A stretch of DNA of 64,000 nt from Isosphaeraceae bacterium. Its GTDB lineage: Bacteria > Planctomycetota > Planctomycetia > Isosphaerales > Isosphaeraceae. The stretch lies in NCBI GenBank assembly GCA_052148775.1, contig JBKQHM010000804.1, positions 1,576 through 65,575 of the forward strand, written 5' to 3'. Numbering within the stretch: the first letter of the stretch is position 1; each line of letters begins with the position of its first letter. The translations under genes were made by a program, and so were the position numbers. Below, piece by piece: positions 53,826-63,882 of this stretch. The notes beneath the pieces were generated by a model. It did no database searches. It saw only the letters and a program-made list of their open reading frames with translations, and had not been told where the DNA came from.

Positions 53826-53855
53826 CGCGTGAGGTTTTCCCGCCGCGCGCATTCT
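53826..53855 (+). promoter_or_regulatory. candidate ECF-type promoter (site 2) upstream of the PEP-CTERM and giant beta-helix genes
   Basis: CGCGTGAGGTTTTCCCGCCGCGCGCATTCT. It has the same blocks (CGCGTGAG, TTTTCC, 9-nt GC spacer, CATTCT) as site 1. Confidence 0.4.
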
Positions 53856-54288
53856 CTTATCTTAGCGGCATCGTCCTCTCATGAGAGCGGCCCCTTCGGG
53901 AAACCTCCGCGAGACGGATCAAGGCCGCGTCAGGAAGGGTCCAGCGCCGACGAGGGGTTGGAATCGGGATGACCATCCGGAATCAGAGAGGTTCTTCAGG
54001 CGGAGGCATCGCTCGACCCGAGATCGATCGACGCGTGAGCTGACGCACGTGCATGGCTCGCGAGGAGACAGCGACCCCGCGAACACGGTCGCCATGCGCG
54101 CATCCGGGGGTCGCCGGACGGAGCCGGCTCCTACGAAAGATAGGACAACGCGGTCCGTTCCGTAGGAGGGGGCTCCGCCTCCCGACCCTCCTGGGTTGCG
54201 GTTCCCCCGCGTCAGCGAACGCTGAGGTCCCGGTGCCGGCTTGCACCACTTTGAGTTACGGAACCAGAGCTTTCATGAGGAGACAACA

Positions 54289-54885
54289 ATGAGAAGATTC
54301 ACGGTCGCCGTGGCGACGTGCGTTGGACTGCTGACCGCTCCTTGCATCGGTACGGCAGCGCCGATCACCTACGCCATCCAGAATTATCCCGCGGATCAGA
54401 ATGGAGCGACTCTCTCGGGGACTATCACGACCGATGGGACTATCGGCGAGTTGATGGACAGTAACGTCCTGTCATGGAGCTGGACGATTACTCCCACAGG
54501 GGGGACGCCATTCACGCTCAGCTCTGTCGACGTCGGAAGCGGTTTCGGCATAACCGGGACCGGAGTCTCTGCTTCAACCAGCGAAATCACCATCGCGAGT
54601 CCTATTTCGCAGGGATTCCTCAACGATATGGTCTTCACGGGTATCGACGCCGCCGGCCTGTTCTACGATCGATTTGTCGGGGCTGGGACTTACTACGGAA
54701 GCGTCCCTAACACGATCCCAGTCTGGAATACGGGCAACCCTGCTATGGGCGGTACCGACCCCTGGGTGATCGCCGTCGCCTCGGTTCCGGAACCCTCCAC
54801 GCTCACCCTTGCGGGGCTGGGAGTCGTCAGCGTCCTCGCGTTCGGTCTGGCACGGAGACGAAGGGCCGGAAGTAACGTGGTATAG
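54289..54885 (+). CDS. PEP-CTERM sorting-domain protein, 198 aa
   Basis: GAGGAG lies before ATG 54289. Signal peptide MRRFTVAVATCVGLLTAPCIGTAAP. C-terminus VPEPSTLTLAGLGVVSVLAFGLARRRR (PEP motif + TM + basic cluster). GC is lower than in neighbours. Confidence 0.85.
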   Translation: MRRFTVAVATCVGLLTAPCIGTAAPITYAIQNYPADQNGATLSGTITTDGTIGELMDSNVLSWSWTITPTGGTPFTLSSVDVGSGFGITGTGVSASTSEITIASPISQGFLNDMVFTGIDAAGLFYDRFVGAGTYYGSVPNTIPVWNTGNPAMGGTDPWVIAVASVPEPSTLTLAGLGVVSVLAFGLARRRRAGSNVV

Positions 54886-55323
54886 GATCGGGCCGCAAGA
54901 GGCGGTGGTGCCTGATCCACGGACGAGACCGCGAAGGCGGCTTCGTGGAGGAGGCGCCGGCTCCGCCCCCAGCGGAGCCCCCGGAAGGGCGAGAGCAACA
55001 CGGGAAGGTGGAACGGCCGCCAGACGGACAGGAACAGAGAGGGAGGACATCACGCGACGATCGATGTCGCGAACGCGGGACTCGGCGGAGAGTCCCGGCC
55101 CTGCGAAGTTGAGCCGGCATCGCGATCCGAGGGACATCGATCGCCCGCGAGTCGACGCTGAGATTGTCTAATGTGGCACAGGACCCGACGGGTCCCGGCC
55201 CTGGGACTGCGCGCCGGGACCGGTGGTAGTTTCTCGACGCCGGTCGCGCCATCCGGATTCTCTTCAAATATCATTGTGTCTCGGATCGAAGGAGCTGCAC
55301 CTGTGTCATCGCGCCTCTCCCCC

Positions 55324-58300
55324 ATGCGTCACACTTGGACCAGTCGAGCTCGAGAACAGGCCCGCGCCCGGCGGCGATCTCCATTCTGGGTGCTGGAGGG
55401 GCTCGAGCACCGGGTGCTCTTGACGCCTACAACCTACATGGTGACCAGCACCAGCAACGACCCCACGGTCTTGGGATCGCTGCCGTGGGCGATTAACCAG
55501 GCCAACAATCAAGGGAGCCCGGGCTACGCCCCCGCCAATTCGGACGGCAGCCAGATCGCGTTCGACCTGTCCGTCTTCGACACTCCACAGACGATCGCGC
55601 TGACCAGCACGCTGGAGCTGTCCGAAACCGACGGACCCGAGGTGATCGAGGGCCCCGGCGCCAACGTCATGACGATCAGTGGCAACGGCGCCGTCGGGGT
55701 GTTCCAGGTCGCGAGCGGCGTGATGGCGACTCTTTCGGAGCTGACCATCACCGACGGCCGGGCCACCCAGGGCGGCGGCATCGAGAACGCGGGCACGCTC
55801 ACGGTCGCTCGCTCCGGCTTCGACAATAACGAGGCCAGCGACGGCGGCGGCATCTTCAATGCGGGCACACTCGCGGTTTCGGTCTCCACCTTCTCCAACA
55901 ACATGACCAACCGGGGCGGCGGCATCGACAACACCGGCATCCTGACCGTAGCCAGCTCCACCTTCACCGCCAACTCCTCGGATTATGGCGGCGGCCTCGG
56001 CAACGAGTCGGGCACGGCGACGATCGATCGTTCCACGTTCCTCGACAACTCGGCCTACGGCGGTGGCGGTCTCAATAACAGTTATGGCGCCACGATCACG
56101 ATCACGAATTCGACCATCGCCGGCAACTCGGCCTATAATGGGGGCGGCATCGCCGACACAGGTACGCTGACGGCCATCAACGATACCGTGGCGTACAACC
56201 AGATCGTCGGCAATTCCGGCAGCGGTGGGGGCCTGGATGCCTACGACGGCACGGATACCCTGTATGACACGATCGTGGCCTTGAACACCGACGGCCCGGC
56301 CGGCGGCCCCGCCGATGACATCGCCCTCTACACCTATGAGGGAACGATCGGCGGGACGATCTCGCCATCCAGCGCGTACAACCTGATCGGAACCGGGGGC
56401 TCGGGCGGACTGACCAACGGCCAGGACGGCAACCAGGTCGGCATCTCCGATCCGGGGCTCGGTCCCTTGGCGGACAACGGCGGCCCGACCCAGACCATCG
56501 CACTGCTGGCCGGCAGTCCCGCCATCGACGCCGTCCGCGCGTCGATCCCGGGCGTCACCGTCCCGGCCACCGACCAGCGCGGTGCCCTCCGCGGCCCGGC
56601 CGGTCTCGACGCCGGGACCACGGTCGACATCGGCGCCTACGAGGCCAGCTCCTCGTACCTCGTCACCTCGACGGCCGACTCCACCGATGCCGGCACGCTG
56701 CGGACGGCGATCGGGTGGGCCAACGTCAGCGCCAACGCCAACCCGGCGAACCTCTCCGATCCCGCTCCCAACACCATCGATTTCGGCATCCCCACCACGG
56801 ACCCCGGCTACGATGCCACGACCGCCTCCTGGACGATCGCTCCCCTCTCGGCGCTGCCGCCCCTGGCGGCATCGATCACCATCGATGGCACCAGCCAGCC
56901 CGGTTACACACCGGGGAGCCATCCGGTCATCGTCCTGAGCGGGGCCAACGCGGCGGACACGCCGATTGACGGCCTGGACCTGACCGGCAGCGGCAGCACC
57001 GTGAAGGGACTCGTCATCAACGGCTTCCTTGGAGATGGTCTGAACATCGAATCCAACCAGAATACGATCCAGGGAAACTTCATCGGCACCGATGTCACCG
57101 GCACTCAGCCGGGCTACAACTTCACCGGGATCGCCATCACCGGCACGTCGAATCTGGTCGGGACCTCCGGGCAGGATGGCGCCAACGATCCCTCCGAGCG
57201 CAATGTGATCGCCGGAAACGCCTATGGAATCGTGATCGACGGGTCCGGCGGGGCGGCGTCGGGAAATGTGGTCACAGGCAACTGGATCGGGCTGAACGTC
57301 GATTCCCAGGGAAACTCCCTGGCAGGTCTCGGCAACAGCGAGGATGGGATCGTGATCGAATCCGGCGCCACGGGGAATTGGATCGGGACCAACCCCGTCT
57401 TCGGTCCGGCGAACACCGATCAGCGGAACGTGATCTCAGGCAGTGGCTTGACCAGCGCGGATTACGGCGTCCTCATCGAGGGCACCGGTACGTCCGGCAA
57501 CGTGGTGGCCGGTGATGACATCGGCACGACCGCGGATGGAACGGCCGCGCTGGGGAACGGGACAGGCGTGGGAATCGACAGAGCCAGCGACAACTGGATC
57601 GGGGTCAACGCGGCTGCCGGGCCGGGGACCGAGAACGCGGTCCAGGCCGACGTCATTTCGGGGAACGTTTGGGCCATCACCATCGACGGTGTCGGTGCCA
57701 GCGGCAACGTCCTCGCCGGGGACTTCATCGGCACGGATCCCTCGGGTTCCTCCGCGGTCCCCAACACGCTCGGCCTGGAGATTGCAGAGGGTGCTTCGGC
57801 GAACGTGATCGGGACCTCGGGGCAGGATGGGCCGGCCGTTGACGCGCTCGAACGCAATGTGATCGCCGGGAACCTGGAGTTTGGCGTCTCCCTTGACGGG
57901 ACCACGGGAAACGTCGTGGCCGGCAATGACGTGGGGACGACCGCGGCCGGCAATGCCCCGCTCGGCAATGGAGGAGACGGGATCGAGATCGTGGCGGGCG
58001 CCTCGGGCAACTGGATCGGCGTCAACCCCGTCTACGGATCCAGGGACGCCGACCAGCGCAATCTCATCGCCGGCAATGTTGGAGCGGCCGTGGAGATGAC
58101 CGGTGCCGGCACGATCGGAAATGTCGTCGCCGGGAACCTGATCGGGACGGATTCCACAGGTTCCGTCCCGATCCCCGATGCCTACGGCGTGATGATCGAC
58201 CAGGGCGCCTCCTCCAACCTGGTCGGGACCTCGGGGCAGGATGGGCCGGCTGTCGACGCCCTCGAACGCAACGTGATCGCCGCGAGCCTGTTCACCTGCC

Positions 58301-61300
58301 CGGGATGCCTGGAGTCCGGCGTGCTCATCGAGAATGCTGGCAGCGACGACAACGTGGTTGCCGGCAACTGGATCGGGTTCAACGTCGATTCGAGCGGCGC
58401 GATCATCACCGGCCTAGGGAATGGGGATGACGGTGTGGAAATCCTCGCCGGTGCGTCGAACAACTGGATCGGCGTCAATCCGGTCCATGGCGCCGAGACC
58501 GCCGACCAGCGCAACGTGATCTCGGGCAACCGCTATAACGGCGTCGCGATCGGCGACTTCGGCGGGGTCTCGAGCGGAAACGTGGTGGCGGGGAATGAGA
58601 TCGGCACCGACCCCAGCGGTATGACTTCGGTCCTCAACGGACAGTTTGGCATCTACCTCGCGGGCTCCGACAACCTCATCGGGACTTCGGGGCAAGATGG
58701 TGCCGACGATGCCCTGGAGGGGAATGTCATCTCCGGCAACTCTGGCGCGGCCATCTACTTCACCAACGCGGGGACCTCGACAACACCGGCCACGGGAAAC
58801 GTCATTGCCGGCGACTGGATCGGGACGACGGCCGACGGCACCGCCGCCCTGCCCAACGGATCCGGCATCGACCTGTACAATTCGCCTGGCAACTGGATCG
58901 GCGTCAACCCGGTGTATGGTCAGGAGGACTCCGATCAGCGCGATGTCATCTCGGGCAACACCGGCAACGGCGTCCAGATCAGCGGCTCCGGCGCGACCGG
59001 CAACGTGATCGCCGGGGACCTCATCGGCACCGATGCGACGGGCGAGACCCTGCTCCGCAACGCGGGGGACGGCATTCACATCAACGGCGGACCCAGCGAC
59101 AACTGGATCGGGGTCAACGCGGTCGACGGGCCCGAGAGCGTTGACCAGGGCAACGTGATCTCGGGGAATGCGTTCTCGGGAGTCTACGTCGATCCCAGCT
59201 CGACCGGCAACGTCATTGCCGGGGATCGGATCGGCACCGATTCCGCCGGCGAAACCGCGATTCCCAACAACTGGGGCGTCTATATCCAGGGTCCCTCGAA
59301 CCTGGTCGGTACCACTGGACAGGACGGGGCCGACGATGCCCTTGAGCGGAACATCATCTCGGGGAACAAGAGCATCGGGATCGACATCAACGGCACCGCC
59401 GCGATGGGAAATGTCATCGCCGGCAACGACATCGGCACGGATATGACGGGCGAAGCGGCGCTCAACAACGGCTCCGACGACGTGAATATCAATGGCGGCG
59501 CCTCGGACAACTGGATCGGTGTCAATGCGATCGATGGGCCCGAGACCGCCGACCAGGGCAACGTGATCTCGGGGACTTTCATCGGGGTTGCACTCTACTA
59601 CCCGGGTACCAGCGGCAACGTGGTGGCCGGGAACCGGATCGGGACCGACCCAGCAGGCGCGGCCGCGGTCCCCAATAACTATGGTGTGGTCATCGCTCTG
59701 GGTGCCTCATCCAACCGCGTCGGGACCTCCGGCCAGGATGGAGCTGCCGACGCGCTCGAACGCAACCAGATCTCCGGATACACCGTGGCTGGCTTGTTGA
59801 TCTACGGGCAGGGATACGCGACCACGGGGAACGTGGTCGCCGGGAACCTGATCGGCACGACCGTGAGCGGCGATGCTCCGCTGGGCAGCGGGAATGTCGG
59901 GGTCGATCTCATCCTGGGTGCTTCGGGGAATTGGATCGGCGTCAACCCGGTCGATGGCCCCGAGAACGCCGACCAGCGCAACGTCATCTCGGGCAACGCG
60001 GGCGACGGCGTCGAGATCAGCGGTTCTGGCACGACCGGCAACCTGGTCGTCGGCAATTTCATCGGTACGAGTGCCGCGGGCACCGCGGTCATCGCCAACG
60101 GCGGCGATGGCGTGGCGATCGACAGCGGCGCGGCGGCCAACACGATCGGCGGCTCGATCGCCGCGGCCCGCAACGTCATCTCCGGCAACGCCTACGCCGG
60201 GGTCGGTCTCTCCGCCGCCAACGACAATGTCATCGAAGGCAACTTCATCGGCACCGACACGACCGGGACCGTCGGGCTCGGCAACAATACGGGATCGGGG
60301 CTCTATAGCCCCCAGTACGGCGGCATCGCGATCGTCAACGGGTCGTCCGGCAACACGATCGGCGGCCTCACCGCGAGTCCCGGCACCGGCGCGGGCAACC
60401 TGATCTCGGGCAACGACAACGCGGGCGTCCAGATCTACGGCTCCTACCAGGCTGACCCGATGAACAACCTCATCGCCGGCAACCTGGTCGGCACCGACAT
60501 CACTGGCACGCTCGCCCTCGGCAACTGCTGCGAGGGAGTCGGGGTCGAAAACGCTTCCAACAATATCGTGGGCACGCCGGGCGGGCGCAACGTGATCTCC
60601 GGCAGCAACATCAACGTCGAGATCAACGGCAGCGGCGCCACGGGCAACCTGGTCCAGAACAACTTCATCGGGACCGATATCACAGGCACATCAGCGATCG
60701 GCGGCACCGGCGATGGCCTGCTTCTCCTGGCCGGCGCCTCGAACAACACGATCGGCGGCACCACCGCGGGCGACCGCAACGTGATCTCGGGGAGTAGCGC
60801 GTATGGCTTGGGGATCGGCAGCAGCCTCTCGTCCGGCAACCTGGTCGAGGGGAACTTCATCGGTTCCGACGTCACGGGGACCGTCGCGGTGGCCAATAAG
60901 ACCGGGATCGGGATCAGCTCGTCGCCCGGCAACACGATCGGCGGCACCGCAGCCGGCGCCGGCAACCTGGTCGCGGGCAGTCTGGGCAACGGCGTCTACA
61001 TCTTCGGGTCCGGAGCGACGGGAGACCTCGTCGCGGGCAACCTCATCGGCGTCAACTTCGATTCCGGTGGCAATCCGATTCCTGGGCTCGGCAATGGGGG
61101 CGCCGGGGTCGTCGTCAGCAGCGGGGCCAGCGGCAATACCATCGGGTGGACCACCACCGGTGCCGGCAACGTCATCGCCGACAACGCCGGCAATGGCGTC
61201 ACCGTCGGCGTGAGTGCGACGGATACCAGCACGGACAACGCGATTCTGAGCAACGCGATCTACGGCAACACGGGCCTGGGCATCGATCTGGGCAACGATG

Positions 61301-63882
61301 GTGTGACACTCAACGACTCGGACGGCCATTCGGGCCCGAATCTGTTCCAGGACTTCCCCGTCCTGTCCTCCGCGATCACGTCGAACGGGACCACGACGAT
61401 CGCCGGATCGCTTTCCGGCACGCCGGGGGTGACTGACCGCGTCGAGTTCTTCAGCAATCCCGCCGCGAGTCCGTCCGATTATGGTCAGGGGCAGACCTTC
61501 CTCGGGTTTGTCGACGTGCCGATTAATCCGGGGGGTACCGGCTCCTTCTCCACAACGTTCTCGGGGCCCGTGGCCGTCGGACAATCGATCACCGCGACTG
61601 CCACCGACCCAGCCGGCGATACCTCCGAGTTCTCCGCCGACCTGATCCTCCAGGGTGCGACCACGACAGTCCTTTCGTCGTCGGCCAACCCTTCGGTCTT
61701 CGGTCAGCCGGTCACGCTCACGGCCACGGTGAGCCCGACGACGATCGGTCAATCCACCCCCACCGGCACCGTCACATTCCTGGACGGCACGACGCCACTC
61801 GGGACGGGCACGCTGGACGATACCGGCACGGCCAGCTTCACCTCGTCGACCCTGGCGGTCGGGAGCCACTCGATCACGGCCGTCTACGGCGGCGATCCGA
61901 ACTTCATCGGCAGCACCTCCACAGCCATCGTCCAGAGCGTCACCCAGGACGGCTCGACGGCGGTCATGACGTCGTCGGCCAACCCCTCGATCTTGAACCA
62001 GTCGATCAGCTTCACCGTCACGGTCAGCGCCGCGGCGCCCGGATCGGGGACCCCGACCGGGACCGTACAGTTCAGCATCGACGGCACGAAGTTCGGCTCG
62101 GCGGTCACCCTGGTGGACGGCACCGCCACCAGCGGGTCGATCAGCACGCTGAAACTGGGCAATCACACCATCACGGCCAGCTACAGCGGCGATGGCAGCT
62201 TCACCGCGAGCACGGCCCCGAGTCTCACCCAGGTCGTCAACAAGGACAACACCACGACGAATCTCGCCGTGGCGGTCAACCCCTCGGTCTATGGCCAATC
62301 GATCAGCTTCACGGCCAGCGTGTCGGCCGTCGCGCCGAGCATCGGCACTCCCACCGGCTCGGTCAGCTTCAACGACGGCTCGACGACGCTGGGCACGGTC
62401 ACCCTGACCGCGGGGACGGCGACCTTCACAACCGCGAAGCTACCGACTGGCCAGGACCCCATCACGGCGGTCTACAACGGTAATTCGACCTTCGCCACCA
62501 GCGCCTCGGCGGTTCTGAACCAGACGGTCAACCAGGATAGCACGAGCGCCGTCGCCACCAGCTCGGCCAACCCGTCGGTGTTCGGCCAGGCAGTGACCGT
62601 CACGGCCACCGTCAGTGCGGCGGGTCCGGGGAGCGGCACCCCTACCGGCACGGTCACATTCCTGGACGGCTCGACCACGCTCGGCACCGCCACGCTGAAC
62701 GGGTCCGGCCATGCTACGTTCACGACCAAGGATTTCGCCGTCGGGACGCATGCGATCACGGCGGTCTACGGCGGCGACGGCAACTTCACGGCGAGCACAT
62801 CGGCGATCTTGAACCAGGCCCTCAACCAGGACGGAACGAATACCGTCATCAAATCGTCGGTGAACCCGTCGGTGTACGGCCAGTCGGTGACGTTCACTGC
62901 CACGGTGAGCGCACTCTCCCCGGGCAGCGGTACCCCCACCGGCACCGTCACCTTCATGGATGGCTCCAACACGCTGGGCACGGCGACGCTCGGCAATGGG
63001 AAGGCCACCTTCAAGACCACTGCACTCGCCGTCGGCTCGCATCAGGTCACCGCGGTGTATGGGGACGATGGCAACTTCACGGCCAGCACGTCGACGGCCC
63101 TGATCCAGACCGTCCAACAGGATCCTACGACCACGTCGGTTGCGTCTTCGAAAAACCCGTCGGTCTATGGTCAGGCGGTGACCTTCACGGCCACGGTCAA
63201 GGCCGCGGCGCAGGGGAGTGGGACTCCCACCGGCACGGTCACCTTCCTGGACGGCTCGTCCACGCTGGGCAGTGGGACGCTGGTCGGCGGAGTGGCCAGT
63301 TTTTCCACCACGAGCCTGTCGGTTGGGTCTAACGCCACCACCGCGGTGTATGGGGGCGACGGCAATTTCTCCTCGAGCACGTCGACGGCGATTAATCAGG
63401 CGGTCAATCAGGCCGGCAGCTCGACGACCTTGGTCTCTTCGAACAACCCCTCGGTCACCGGGCAATCCGTCACCTTCACCGCCACCGTGAGTGCCGTGGC
63501 GCCGGGGAGCGGAACGCCGACGGGCACCGTCACGTTCTCCGACGGCTCGACCGCCTTGGCGACCGGTACGCTCAGCAGCGGGACCGCCAGCTTCACAACC
63601 TCGAGTCTGGTGGTGGGCACCCACTCGATCAAAGTCGTCTACGGAGGCGACGCGAATTTCAAGACCAGCACCTCGGCGACCCTGAAACAGGTCGTCCAGT
63701 CATCGATCGACGGGTCGGCGACCCGTTCACCGGCGAACCTGGTCCCTCAAGCGCTCGGTGTCCTCCCCGACGATGCGGCGTCGACCGGCACGCTGACCCA
63801 TGACCTCGCCCTGGATCAGGTCTCGGCCCAGGGTCGAAAGTTGCACCGAGGCGCCGGCGGCTGGTTCGAGCCGGAATCGTGA
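55324..63882 (+). CDS. giant surface protein: Pmp-like GGG repeats + long right-handed beta-helix + 7 Ig-like repeats, ~2852 aa
   Basis: ATG at 55324. An alternative GTG at 55303 lies 8 nt after GAAGGAG. N-terminus Arg-rich then LEGLEHRVLL. GGGIENAGTLTV/GGGIFNAGTLAV/GGGIDNTGILTV repeats ending in DQRGALRG...DIGAYE. About 1400 aa of NVI(A/S)GN.IGTD..G....N..GV.I periodicity. Seven ~97-aa Ig-like repeats (SSANPSVFGQ.VT.TATVSA...GTPTGTVTF.DGS..LG...L). Confidence 0.9.
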   Translation: MRHTWTSRAREQARARRRSPFWVLEGLEHRVLLTPTTYMVTSTSNDPTVLGSLPWAINQANNQGSPGYAPANSDGSQIAFDLSVFDTPQTIALTSTLELSETDGPEVIEGPGANVMTISGNGAVGVFQVASGVMATLSELTITDGRATQGGGIENAGTLTVARSGFDNNEASDGGGIFNAGTLAVSVSTFSNNMTNRGGGIDNTGILTVASSTFTANSSDYGGGLGNESGTATIDRSTFLDNSAYGGGGLNNSYGATITITNSTIAGNSAYNGGGIADTGTLTAINDTVAYNQIVGNSGSGGGLDAYDGTDTLYDTIVALNTDGPAGGPADDIALYTYEGTIGGTISPSSAYNLIGTGGSGGLTNGQDGNQVGISDPGLGPLADNGGPTQTIALLAGSPAIDAVRASIPGVTVPATDQRGALRGPAGLDAGTTVDIGAYEASSSYLVTSTADSTDAGTLRTAIGWANVSANANPANLSDPAPNTIDFGIPTTDPGYDATTASWTIAPLSALPPLAASITIDGTSQPGYTPGSHPVIVLSGANAADTPIDGLDLTGSGSTVKGLVINGFLGDGLNIESNQNTIQGNFIGTDVTGTQPGYNFTGIAITGTSNLVGTSGQDGANDPSERNVIAGNAYGIVIDGSGGAASGNVVTGNWIGLNVDSQGNSLAGLGNSEDGIVIESGATGNWIGTNPVFGPANTDQRNVISGSGLTSADYGVLIEGTGTSGNVVAGDDIGTTADGTAALGNGTGVGIDRASDNWIGVNAAAGPGTENAVQADVISGNVWAITIDGVGASGNVLAGDFIGTDPSGSSAVPNTLGLEIAEGASANVIGTSGQDGPAVDALERNVIAGNLEFGVSLDGTTGNVVAGNDVGTTAAGNAPLGNGGDGIEIVAGASGNWIGVNPVYGSRDADQRNLIAGNVGAAVEMTGAGTIGNVVAGNLIGTDSTGSVPIPDAYGVMIDQGASSNLVGTSGQDGPAVDALERNVIAASLFTCPGCLESGVLIENAGSDDNVVAGNWIGFNVDSSGAIITGLGNGDDGVEILAGASNNWIGVNPVHGAETADQRNVISGNRYNGVAIGDFGGVSSGNVVAGNEIGTDPSGMTSVLNGQFGIYLAGSDNLIGTSGQDGADDALEGNVISGNSGAAIYFTNAGTSTTPATGNVIAGDWIGTTADGTAALPNGSGIDLYNSPGNWIGVNPVYGQEDSDQRDVISGNTGNGVQISGSGATGNVIAGDLIGTDATGETLLRNAGDGIHINGGPSDNWIGVNAVDGPESVDQGNVISGNAFSGVYVDPSSTGNVIAGDRIGTDSAGETAIPNNWGVYIQGPSNLVGTTGQDGADDALERNIISGNKSIGIDINGTAAMGNVIAGNDIGTDMTGEAALNNGSDDVNINGGASDNWIGVNAIDGPETADQGNVISGTFIGVALYYPGTSGNVVAGNRIGTDPAGAAAVPNNYGVVIALGASSNRVGTSGQDGAADALERNQISGYTVAGLLIYGQGYATTGNVVAGNLIGTTVSGDAPLGSGNVGVDLILGASGNWIGVNPVDGPENADQRNVISGNAGDGVEISGSGTTGNLVVGNFIGTSAAGTAVIANGGDGVAIDSGAAANTIGGSIAAARNVISGNAYAGVGLSAANDNVIEGNFIGTDTTGTVGLGNNTGSGLYSPQYGGIAIVNGSSGNTIGGLTASPGTGAGNLISGNDNAGVQIYGSYQADPMNNLIAGNLVGTDITGTLALGNCCEGVGVENASNNIVGTPGGRNVISGSNINVEINGSGATGNLVQNNFIGTDITGTSAIGGTGDGLLLLAGASNNTIGGTTAGDRNVISGSSAYGLGIGSSLSSGNLVEGNFIGSDVTGTVAVANKTGIGISSSPGNTIGGTAAGAGNLVAGSLGNGVYIFGSGATGDLVAGNLIGVNFDSGGNPIPGLGNGGAGVVVSSGASGNTIGWTTTGAGNVIADNAGNGVTVGVSATDTSTDNAILSNAIYGNTGLGIDLGNDGVTLNDSDGHSGPNLFQDFPVLSSAITSNGTTTIAGSLSGTPGVTDRVEFFSNPAASPSDYGQGQTFLGFVDVPINPGGTGSFSTTFSGPVAVGQSITATATDPAGDTSEFSADLILQGATTTVLSSSANPSVFGQPVTLTATVSPTTIGQSTPTGTVTFLDGTTPLGTGTLDDTGTASFTSSTLAVGSHSITAVYGGDPNFIGSTSTAIVQSVTQDGSTAVMTSSANPSILNQSISFTVTVSAAAPGSGTPTGTVQFSIDGTKFGSAVTLVDGTATSGSISTLKLGNHTITASYSGDGSFTASTAPSLTQVVNKDNTTTNLAVAVNPSVYGQSISFTASVSAVAPSIGTPTGSVSFNDGSTTLGTVTLTAGTATFTTAKLPTGQDPITAVYNGNSTFATSASAVLNQTVNQDSTSAVATSSANPSVFGQAVTVTATVSAAGPGSGTPTGTVTFLDGSTTLGTATLNGSGHATFTTKDFAVGTHAITAVYGGDGNFTASTSAILNQALNQDGTNTVIKSSVNPSVYGQSVTFTATVSALSPGSGTPTGTVTFMDGSNTLGTATLGNGKATFKTTALAVGSHQVTAVYGDDGNFTASTSTALIQTVQQDPTTTSVASSKNPSVYGQAVTFTATVKAAAQGSGTPTGTVTFLDGSSTLGSGTLVGGVASFSTTSLSVGSNATTAVYGGDGNFSSSTSTAINQAVNQAGSSTTLVSSNNPSVTGQSVTFTATVSAVAPGSGTPTGTVTFSDGSTALATGTLSSGTASFTTSSLVVGTHSIKVVYGGDANFKTSTSATLKQVVQSSIDGSATRSPANLVPQALGVLPDDAASTGTLTHDLALDQVSAQGRKLHRGAGGWFEPES
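61657..63705 (+). repeat. seven tandem ~291-nt coding repeats (bacterial Ig-like domains)
   Basis: Seven collinear units, each starting ..(S/V)SANPSV(F/Y)GQ and ending ..STS..L.Q.V.QD, read directly from the translated ORF. Confidence 0.85.

Noticed and set aside
53881-54165. 94-aa ORF starting 25 nt after promoter-like site 2
   Set aside because: The translation is very hydrophilic and Arg-rich, with only moderate GC3 compared with real genes here and no motifs. It is more likely a 5' leader of the PEP-CTERM transcript.
55257-55264. ATTCTCTT upstream of the giant gene and TTTTCC-N21-CATTCT at 40241-40273 as additional copies of the ECF promoter motif
   Set aside because: Only one block matches, or the spacer length differs (21 nt versus 9 nt). 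That is too weak to call, so they are kept as a note in the promoter finding.
55306-63624. Minus-strand ORFs (538, 187, 221, 181, 535 and 394 aa) and many off-frame plus-strand ORFs inside the beta-helix/Ig giant
   Set aside because: They are repeat-gene shadows. The sense frame is uninterrupted for ~2850 aa with coherent repeat families.
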